Assembly (NCBI GenBank): GCA_018883185.1
Contig: VEQP01000007.1
Location: 11,199 to 75,198, forward strand
From: Nevskiaceae bacterium
GTDB taxonomy: Bacteria; Pseudomonadota; Gammaproteobacteria; Steroidobacterales; Steroidobacteraceae
Length of the DNA: 64,000 nt
Direction: 5' to 3'
Shown here: piece by piece, positions 57,104-64,000 of the stretch
Layout of the letters: every line of letters starts with the position of its first letter
Numbering within the stretch: position 1 is the first letter of the stretch
Program-made: the position numbers and the translations under genes
The notes under the pieces: generated by a model
Told to the model about the DNA's origin: nothing
Databases searched by the model: none
The model's input: only the letters and a program-made list of their open reading frames with translations

Positions 57104-58618
57104 TTAGATCACGGCGCACACCGTCTTCGTTTCCAAGTAATTGTCGATGGCTTGATGGCCGCTATCGCGACCCCAGCCCGACTGCTTCACGCCTCCGATC
57201 GGGAGGCTCGCGTCGTACATCGAGTGACAGTTGAGCCACACGGTCCCGGCGCGAATCGACGCCGCCATGCGATGTGCCGCCGACAGATCCTGCGTCCACA
57301 CGCTCGCTGCAAGACCGTAATCGGTGTCGTTGGCGAGCTCGACCGCCTCCTCCAGGCTCTTGATGCGTGTTGCCACCACGACGGGCCCGAAGATCTCCTC
57401 GCGCACCACCTTCATCTGCGGCTGAACATCGACGAGCACCGTCGGCTCGATGAAGGTACCGGCCGGTCCCGTCTGTCCGCCGCCGATGGCAACCGACGCA
57501 CCCTCCGATCGCCCCGAGGCGATGTAGCCGGCAATGCGATCGGCCTGTTTGCGACTGACCACGGGGCCCATCTGCGTCGAAGGGTCGAGACCATGGCCGA
57601 GGCGGATGCCGCGGGCATAGTTCACGACGCCTTCAAGCACCCGGTCAAAGATTTTCTCGTGCACGTACAATCGCGAGCCTGCCACGCAGACTTGTCCGCT
57701 ATTGAAAAAGATGGCGTTGGCGACGCCCGGGATCGTCAAATCGAGATCAGCATCGGGCAGCACGATAGCGGGCGACTTCCCGCCGAGTTCGAGCGTGAGC
57801 TTCTTGAGATTGCCCCGCGCCGCTTCGAGCATCAGCTTGCCAACTTCCGTCGAACCGGTGAAGGCGATCTTGTCCACGCCAGGATGAGCGGCGAGCGCCG
57901 CGCCCGCCCGCTCTCCGAGCCCTGTGACGACGTTGAGCACGCCGGGCGGAAAACCCGCTTCCTGCATGAGTTCCGCCAAGCGCAGCGCGGTTAGCGAGGT
58001 GTCCTCGGCAGGCTTCAGCACCATGGTGCAGCCCGCCGCCAGTGCCGGCGCGATCTTCATACACGTGAGTACGATCGGTGAGTTCCACGGCACGATCGCA
58101 CCCACGACACCGATCGGCTCCTTCGCCGTGTAAGCGAAGATCTTCTTTCCAGCCGGCTGGTAGTTGATCGAAGTCGGGATCGTCGTGCCCTCGATCTTGG
58201 TTGCCTCGCCTGCAAAGTAGCGAAACTGCTCGATACCGCCTGGAATTTCGGCGTACTTACCGACCCACACCGGCTTGCCCTGATCAAGCGACTCGAGCTC
58301 GGCGAGCTCATCGAGATGGGCCTCCATCAGATCCGCCATCTTCCAAAGCAACCGAGCCCGCTGCGCGCCCGTCAGATCGCGCCAAGCAGGTGAGTTCAAG
58401 GCCTCGCGGGCCGCGCGAACCGCAAGATCCACATCGCGCGCGTCCCCGGAGGGGATGCTCGCGAGCACCTTGCCCGTCGCGGGATTCAGCGACTCAAGTC
58501 GCTCGCCACCCTGCGCTTCCAGCCACTCACCGCCGATGAGCATCTGACGTTCAGCGCGATGCAAAAACCGCTGCGCCCCCGCCGATTGCGGCTGCAGATC
58601 TTCGATGACAAGGGTCAT
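57104..58618 (-). CDS. NAD(P)-dependent aldehyde dehydrogenase
   Basis: 504 aa. LELGGKSP and the catalytic-Cys block FFNSGQVCVAGSR. Confidence 0.9.
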   Translation of the reverse strand: MTLVIEDLQPQSAGAQRFLHRAERQMLIGGEWLEAQGGERLESLNPATGKVLASIPSGDARDVDLAVRAAREALNSPAWRDLTGAQRARLLWKMADLMEAHLDELAELESLDQGKPVWVGKYAEIPGGIEQFRYFAGEATKIEGTTIPTSINYQPAGKKIFAYTAKEPIGVVGAIVPWNSPIVLTCMKIAPALAAGCTMVLKPAEDTSLTALRLAELMQEAGFPPGVLNVVTGLGERAGAALAAHPGVDKIAFTGSTEVGKLMLEAARGNLKKLTLELGGKSPAIVLPDADLDLTIPGVANAIFFNSGQVCVAGSRLYVHEKIFDRVLEGVVNYARGIRLGHGLDPSTQMGPVVSRKQADRIAGYIASGRSEGASVAIGGGQTGPAGTFIEPTVLVDVQPQMKVVREEIFGPVVVATRIKSLEEAVELANDTDYGLAASVWTQDLSAAHRMAASIRAGTVWLNCHSMYDASLPIGGVKQSGWGRDSGHQAIDNYLETKTVCAVI

Positions 58619-59613
58619 TTCGCAGCCCTCCTACGCCGGGCTTTAGCCGATTTCTTAGGCGCTGCCGAAGATTTTCGCGCACGAACCGCGGTAGCACCGC
58701 TGACGGCGGCCGTCGGAATATGCGACTCATGGTTTTTCAGGTACCAGCTCGCCACCTCCTCGCGCGTCGTCCACCAGACGCCGGGAAGCGTTTTTGCGTA
58801 GCGAATAAATTCGCGCAGCGCACGAATGCGATACGCACGGCCGCTGACGTGCGGATGCAAGCCGACGTTCATAATCCGACCCGATGTAGCGCCCTCCTTG
58901 TACAGCTCCGACAGCTCCTCGATGAGAATGTCGCGAAATTCGCTGGTGGTGTGGTTACGCCGGGTCAGCAGGGTGAAGTCATTGATCTCGTTGGTGTAGG
59001 GCGTCGAAACGATCGGGCCATGCTCCGTGTTAACCAAATACGGTTGGTCGTCGTTCATCAGGTCGCAATAGAACAGCAGCCCGTTCTGCGCGAGGATCCC
59101 GGCAGTATTGAGGGTGCCGCGCAACGAGGATGACAGCCAGCCCCGCGCTTTCCGGCCGACGGCTTGTTCGTACACCTGCAATGAACGCTCGATGACGTCG
59201 CGCTCTTTGGCCGGTTGCTTGGCGAAATTGCTGAGCAACTCACCCTGCTCGTAGTTGTGCGCGAGGATTTCGCAGCCACGCGCCAAAGCGGCATCGAGCA
59301 TCGGCCGCCGACGCAGGGCCGTGACCGCGTTGATGGTGCACGAAGGCTTGACGCGCATTTCATCGAACATCTCGAACAACCGAAACGCCCCGACCCGTTG
59401 TCCATACTCACGCCAGGTGTAGTTGGGAAAATCAGGGGTATCGCCTGGCAGCACGTCGGGGAGGATGGCTGGACCGCCCGCGTAATACGGCTTGTCCGTG
59501 TCCTTGACGAGATCCCAAGTCTCGAGATTGATCGTGATGATCAGGGCCACGCGCTTGCGCTGAGGCCATTTGAGAGGCAAACGTTGAGTGATCGGAACGT
59601 AGTCGTAGTGCAT
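58615..59613 (-). CDS. Polysaccharide deacetylase-fold hydrolase (PuuE allantoinase-like)
   Basis: 332 aa. The N-terminus YDYVPITQRLPLKWP..RVALIITINLE resembles PuuE-type enzymes. It has a basic C-terminal tail RARKSSAAPKKSAKARRRRAAK. Confidence 0.6.
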   Translation of the reverse strand: MHYDYVPITQRLPLKWPQRKRVALIITINLETWDLVKDTDKPYYAGGPAILPDVLPGDTPDFPNYTWREYGQRVGAFRLFEMFDEMRVKPSCTINAVTALRRRPMLDAALARGCEILAHNYEQGELLSNFAKQPAKERDVIERSLQVYEQAVGRKARGWLSSSLRGTLNTAGILAQNGLLFYCDLMNDDQPYLVNTEHGPIVSTPYTNEINDFTLLTRRNHTTSEFRDILIEELSELYKEGATSGRIMNVGLHPHVSGRAYRIRALREFIRYAKTLPGVWWTTREEVASWYLKNHESHIPTAAVSGATAVRARKSSAAPKKSAKARRRRAAK

Positions 59614-59634
59614 GGTGAAAATTCCGTGATTCGT

Positions 59635-60384
59635 TCAAAACTCGGCGAGCAGCCGCCCAAACCCTGACATGCGATCGGTGATGCCGTTTTGGCGCAAGGC
59701 GTACCAGTAAGTTGCGGTGTTGATCGCGATCACCGGCTTGCCGAGCCAACGCTCAGCCTCGGCGGCCACAGCAGCACACGCAAGGTTGGTACCGACTTGC
59801 ACGATCGCTTCGACCTCCGGAGCATCGACCTCGCGGATCGCCGCGCGCAGAGTCGCGGGTGTCTCGTGCGCGATGAGCATGGGGCTCGGGGATTTCAGTC
59901 CCTTTAGCGCCTGAATCTCGAAGCCGTTATCGGTGAAAAACTGATGCACCATGGCATCGCCCACTGGCATGTACGGCGTGATCACCGCGATGCGTCGGAT
60001 GTTGCTGTCATAGCAGCGAAGCGCCTGCAGCACCGCGTGCGAGCCGAGACCGACTCCAACCCCTGCCCGCGCCTCCATACGGCGGTGCAAGGCATCTGCG
60101 CCATCGGCGCCATCCCAGAACGTTTCGGCCGACATGCCCATGATCACGTAGCCCGGGGCGCAAGTCATGACCGTATCAATGGCGCTCTCGGTGGCGCCGC
60201 GGATGTTATTCATCATGACGAGGAACTCCTCGTCGTTGGTCACCCGAGTATCGGGGATGGCGATGCGCGAGAAGTGATTGGTGACCCCCGCCGGACGCAT
60301 ATCGTCGTACTCGGGTTGCACACTGGTATTGGTCGACGGTGCCACCACACCGAACTTCATGCGGTAGCCGAGTGAATCGGTCAT
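59635..60384 (-). CDS. Asp/Glu/hydantoin racemase-superfamily protein (maleate isomerase / arylmalonate decarboxylase-like)
   Basis: ATG 60384 (GGGGGGG SD). YRMKFGVVAPSTNTSVQPE matches the maleate-isomerase-type N-terminus. Confidence 0.65.
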   Translation of the reverse strand: MTDSLGYRMKFGVVAPSTNTSVQPEYDDMRPAGVTNHFSRIAIPDTRVTNDEEFLVMMNNIRGATESAIDTVMTCAPGYVIMGMSAETFWDGADGADALHRRMEARAGVGVGLGSHAVLQALRCYDSNIRRIAVITPYMPVGDAMVHQFFTDNGFEIQALKGLKSPSPMLIAHETPATLRAAIREVDAPEVEAIVQVGTNLACAAVAAEAERWLGKPVIAINTATYWYALRQNGITDRMSGFGRLLAEF

Positions 60385-60548
60385 GGTCCCCCCCAAAAAT
60401 GACCGATCGATTATGGCCACATGAGCGCGCCACGTCGCCGCCTCGAATCCAACTGGCGGTGGCCCGACCGGTAGGTGGACATCAGCCAGTCCGCCCCCTA
60501 CACTGCGGTTTCGGGCTTCATTCAACGTCTTTCGGGGGGATCGACTCG
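60385..60548. promoter_or_regulatory. Divergent promoter/operator region between the IclR regulator and the six-gene operon
   Basis: 164-bp non-coding gap between divergent genes. No operator sequence could be defined by eye. Confidence 0.3.
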
Positions 60549-61358
60549 ATGGAATCCACGCGTCCAATTCGCGCGCTCATTCGTGGGCTCGACGCACTGA
60601 CCGTCCTTAACCTGCGCAACGGCGCCACCGTGTCGGAGGTGGCACAGGAAATTCGTCTGCCGCGCACCACCACCTACCGCATCCTCGAGACCTTGAGTCA
60701 CGCAGGCTTCGTGTATCGCGACGCGACCGACGATCGCTACCGACTGACGATCATGGTTCGCGGTTTGTCGGACGGCTACGACGACGAGGCTTGGGTGACG
60801 CAAATCGCCCGTCCTTATATCAACGAACTCGGCAAGGATATCGTCTGGCCGGTAGCCATCGCCTCGCTCTCGGGGACGTCGATGATGGTCCGCGAGACCA
60901 CCGATCATCGCAGCCCACTGGCGGTAGAGCGCTACTCGGCGGGTTTTCGCGTGCCCTTGCTGACCTCGTCCTCCGGACGGGTGTACCTTGCCTTCTCGCC
61001 GCCGACGCAGCGTGAGTCACTGCTGGAAATTCTTGCGCGATCCAACAAGGATGAAGACAGCCTTGCCAAGAACCGCAACGAACTGATGAAGATGCTCAAC
61101 GATGCGCGGATGCAGGGCTACGCCACGGCGGTGCGCCCGCGTCGCGTGTCTGACGAGATCAGCATGGCCGTGCCGATCATGATCGATGATCGGGTCCTCT
61201 CTGCAGTATCGATTCGCTTCAGCGGCACGGCTGTGCCTTTGAAGCTCGCCATCGAGCGATTCCTGCCGAAGTTGCGCGATACGGCGCAAAAGATCCGCCA
61301 GAGTTTCGCCGATCAGCAACGTGATCCGCCCCACCAGCACAAGGTCGGCAACCGCTGA
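60549..61358 (+). CDS. IclR-family transcriptional regulator
   Basis: ATG 60549. IRALIRGLDALTVLN...ATVSEVAQEIRLPRTTTYRILETL is the IclR wHTH domain. It has a C-terminal effector domain. Confidence 0.88.
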   Translation: MESTRPIRALIRGLDALTVLNLRNGATVSEVAQEIRLPRTTTYRILETLSHAGFVYRDATDDRYRLTIMVRGLSDGYDDEAWVTQIARPYINELGKDIVWPVAIASLSGTSMMVRETTDHRSPLAVERYSAGFRVPLLTSSSGRVYLAFSPPTQRESLLEILARSNKDEDSLAKNRNELMKMLNDARMQGYATAVRPRRVSDEISMAVPIMIDDRVLSAVSIRFSGTAVPLKLAIERFLPKLRDTAQKIRQSFADQQRDPPHQHKVGNR

Positions 61359-61378
61359 CTCACTCGGAGGATGCCAAC

Positions 61379-62962
61379 ATGAACGCAGAACTTCGTCCCG
61401 CTTCATCCCAACTCCTCGGACAACTCGAAGCACTGCTCGGCAAGGAGCACGTGCTGACGGATGCCACTGAGCGCGCCTTCTACTCGACCGACATCTACCA
61501 CGCCGGGGAGCTGCCGCTGGCGGTGGTCAGGCCTTCGAGCACGGCGGATGTTGCGCAACTCGTGCAGCTGTGCGCTGCAAACGGCGTCGCCGTGGTGCCT
61601 CGCGGCGGTGGAGCCTCGTACACCGACGGCTATGCGCCCGCTGAGGCGGGTTCAGTCAGCATCGATACCTCACGGATGAATCGCATCCTCGAACTCAACG
61701 AACGAGACATGTACGTCGTCGTGCAGGTGGGCGTGACTTGGGCGAAGCTCAACGAAGCATTGGCCACCAAAGGGCTGCGTACGCCGTTCTACGGTCCGTT
61801 TTCCGGCCTTGCGGCCACGGTTGGCGGCTCGCTGTCGCAAAACAGTGTGACTTGGGGCACTGGCGTGTTCGGCGTTTCAGGCGAAACCACGCTGGGCGTT
61901 GAAGTGGTGCTCGCCAATGGTGAGACGATCCGCACCGGCTCCTGGGGCGCCGCCAATGGCGTACCCTTCTTGCGCTCGTACGGTCCGGATCTCACCGGAC
62001 TATTCATGGGCGACTGCGGCGCACTCGGCGTCAAGACATCGGTGGCCTTGCGCTTGATGCCGCGCAACACCCACGTGATGGGACTGTCGTTCGGCTTTCG
62101 CAGTTTCGAGGCGATGTCTGCGGGTATGGAGGCGGCGGCCAAGGAGGGGCTCAACCTGACCAACTTTGGTCTCGACCCGGCGCTGCAGCAAGGACAACTC
62201 GGTAAGGCCGATGCCGCGACGGCCATCCAGTCTGCCCTCGCCGTCTGGAAAACCTCGCGCGGCGTCCTGGACGGCCTCAGTCAACTGGCGAAGATGGCCT
62301 TCGCCGGCCGAGGCTTTCTCAAGGGTGCGGTGTTTTCGGCGCACTGGATCGTCGATGGACTCGACGATGCCTCGTGCCGTGCCGCGGTGGCGCGACTGCG
62401 GTCGGCGCTGCAGCCGCATGGAGCCGAGGTGCCCGCCACTGTGCCCACCGTCGCGAATGCGATGCCGTTCATGCCGCTCTATAACGTCCGCAGCCCGCTC
62501 GGCGAGCGCTGGGTGCCAGTGCACGGCATCCTGCCGTTTTCGCGCGTCGCGGCCTTTCGTGAGGAATTGTCGGCCTACTACGCGGCACACGAGACCGAGA
62601 TGGCGCGCCTTAAGATCCGCTACGGCGCCATGTTCATGACCGTATCCACTAACGCCTTCCTCTATGAGCCGGTGTTCTACTGGCAGGATGGCTACAACAT
62701 CACTCAGGAGCGCCTGCTGCCCGAGGGGTATCAGGCCACCCTGCCCAATTACGCGGACAACCCCGAGGGTCGAGCCCTGGTCGATCGGATGAAGCACGGC
62801 ATCGCCGACATCTTCCAGCGACACGGCGCGGCGCACCTGCAAATCGGCAAGTTCTACCCTTACATGCGAGGCCGCGAGCCGCAAACCGCCAAGCTCATCC
62901 GCGACCTCAAGCATCTCGTGGATCCGCAAAGACGTCTCAACCCCGGCTCACTGGGGCTGTAA
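61379..62962 (+). CDS. FAD-linked oxidase/dehydrogenase (PCMH-type), paralogue 2
   Basis: 527 aa. GGAGG SD. VVPRGGGASYTDGY. Colinear with 49319-50905. Confidence 0.8.
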   Translation: MNAELRPASSQLLGQLEALLGKEHVLTDATERAFYSTDIYHAGELPLAVVRPSSTADVAQLVQLCAANGVAVVPRGGGASYTDGYAPAEAGSVSIDTSRMNRILELNERDMYVVVQVGVTWAKLNEALATKGLRTPFYGPFSGLAATVGGSLSQNSVTWGTGVFGVSGETTLGVEVVLANGETIRTGSWGAANGVPFLRSYGPDLTGLFMGDCGALGVKTSVALRLMPRNTHVMGLSFGFRSFEAMSAGMEAAAKEGLNLTNFGLDPALQQGQLGKADAATAIQSALAVWKTSRGVLDGLSQLAKMAFAGRGFLKGAVFSAHWIVDGLDDASCRAAVARLRSALQPHGAEVPATVPTVANAMPFMPLYNVRSPLGERWVPVHGILPFSRVAAFREELSAYYAAHETEMARLKIRYGAMFMTVSTNAFLYEPVFYWQDGYNITQERLLPEGYQATLPNYADNPEGRALVDRMKHGIADIFQRHGAAHLQIGKFYPYMRGREPQTAKLIRDLKHLVDPQRRLNPGSLGL

Positions 62963-63013
62963 ACTAGCGAGCTCGACCTTTCCAAGAACCGGCATGACGG
63001 AGTCTCCGCCAAG

Positions 63014-63763
63014 ATGAAGCGAATTCTGGTAGCGATCAAACGAGTCGTCGACTACAACGTGCGCATCCGCGTCAAACCGGATGGCACCGGCGTGATCACC
63101 GACGGTGTGAAAATGAGCATCAACCCCTTCGACGAGATCGCTCTCGAAGAAGCGCTGCGCATCAAGGAAAAAGGTCAAGCGGAGGAAGTCGTCGCAGTTT
63201 CGATCGGCCCCGCCGATTGCCAGCAGCAGCTGCGCACGGCACTCGCCATGGGCGCTGATCGCGCGCTGCACGTGCAGACCGATGCAGTCATCGAGCCGCT
63301 CGATGCGGCGCGAATCTTCAAATCGCTCGCCGATCGAGAACAGGCGCTCCTCGCGATCCTTGGCAAGCAGGCCATCGACGATGATTGCAACCAGACTGGG
63401 CAAATGCTCGCCGCCTTGTGGAATCGACCTCAGGCCACCTTCGCCTCGAAGGTCGAAATCAACGGCGACAAGGCGCTGGTGACCCGTGAGGTCGACGCGG
63501 GCCTCGAAACCCTGGAGATCGACCTGCCGGCGGTCATCACCGCCGACCTGCGCCTGAACGAGCCGCGTTACGTGAAATTGCCGGACATCATGAAGGCAAA
63601 GAAAAAGCCACTCGAAACGCTCGATCTTGCGGCCGTGGGCGTGACCCCGGCTGAGCGCTTGCGGGCGGTCAAATTCGATCCGCCGGCGCAGCGCAGCAAG
63701 GGTGTGATGGTCAAGGACGTTCAAGAACTGGTTGAGGCGCTGAAGCGCCGGGGACTCGCATGA
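63014..63763 (+). CDS. etfB: Electron transfer flavoprotein beta subunit
   Basis: 249 aa. [24 protein letters not shown] start, typical of EtfB. Confidence 0.92.
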   Translation: MKRILVAIKRVVDYNVRIRVKPDGTGVITDGVKMSINPFDEIALEEALRIKEKGQAEEVVAVSIGPADCQQQLRTALAMGADRALHVQTDAVIEPLDAARIFKSLADREQALLAILGKQAIDDDCNQTGQMLAALWNRPQATFASKVEINGDKALVTREVDAGLETLEIDLPAVITADLRLNEPRYVKLPDIMKAKKKPLETLDLAAVGVTPAERLRAVKFDPPAQRSKGVMVKDVQELVEALKRRGLA

Positions 63764-64000
63764 GCAAGATTCTGGTCATTGCCGAACACGACGGCAGCAA
63801 ACTCAATCCGGCCACCGCAAAGTGCGTGGCTTGCGCGAGCGCGATTCCGGGCGCAGATATCTCCGTGTTGGTGCTTGCTGCATCAGCGGGAGCCGTAGCG
63901 GCTCAGGCGGCGAACATCGCGGGTGTCGCCCGCGTGCTGACGCTCGAGAATGCGGTTTTTGCACAGGCCTTGGCCGCCACCATTGCGCCCGCGGTTGTGG
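63760..64000 (+). CDS. etfA: Electron transfer flavoprotein alpha subunit, 5' part (continues beyond the window)
   Basis: ATGA overlap with etfB. It reads [26 protein letters not shown].... Truncated by the window end. Confidence 0.85.
   Translation, partial: MSKILVIAEHDGSKLNPATAKCVACASAIPGADISVLVLAASAGAVAAQAANIAGVARVLTLENAVFAQALAATIAPAVV

Overview
The window is a densely coding, high-GC stretch of bacterial chromosome. The gene content (exbD pair, xps-like type II secretion genes, the fabD-fabG-acpP-fabF-mltG-tmk-holB block) suggests a gammaproteobacterium, possibly Xanthomonadales- or Nevskiales-like, but that is a guess. I call 65 protein-coding genes, two of them truncated by the window edges, and six intrinsic terminator hairpins. 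I see no rRNA, tRNA, CRISPR array, transposase, integrase or phage genes.

Content from left to right:
- exbD-exbD followed by two tandem paralogous TPR proteins.
- A divergent metabolic supra-operon. One arm is CoA-transferase / cysteine hydrolase / VOC / methyltransferase / membrane protein. The other arm is HMG-CoA-lyase-like / hyuA / hyuB / cysteine hydrolase / DASS transporter.
- mtnN, an EEP-family protein and a FadB-like enzyme.
- The conserved holB-tmk-mltG-fabF-acpP-fabG-fabD block.
- A partial type II secretion cluster, gspG to gspN only, then alaA.
- A second methyltransferase / cupin / GST / VOC locus.
- A long co-directional array combining a Dpp/Opp-type ABC importer, an SDR, a TonB-dependent receptor, a GST and the substrate-binding protein.
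- Flavoenzymes.
- An IclR-associated six-gene operon that ends in a membrane-anchored mitochondrial-type cytochrome c.
- A second FAD-linked oxidase next to etfBA.

The most unusual signal is a family of small, helical, coiled-coil-like proteins that I cannot place. It has three paralogues in the window (4095-4532, 5777-6115, 43906-44232). Each sits immediately 3' of an unrelated enzyme gene. Two of the three are translationally coupled to that gene. The methyltransferase and VOC genes they accompany are themselves duplicated in the window.

Other points worth a second look:
- Lys/Arg-rich terminal tails on many unrelated enzymes.
- A His-rich tail on a bicupin.
- A gspH gene whose prepilin motif lies upstream of any canonical start codon.
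- Terminator-like hairpins bracketing the TonB-dependent receptor inside a gene array.

All family assignments rest on motifs I recognise by eye. No database search was possible.
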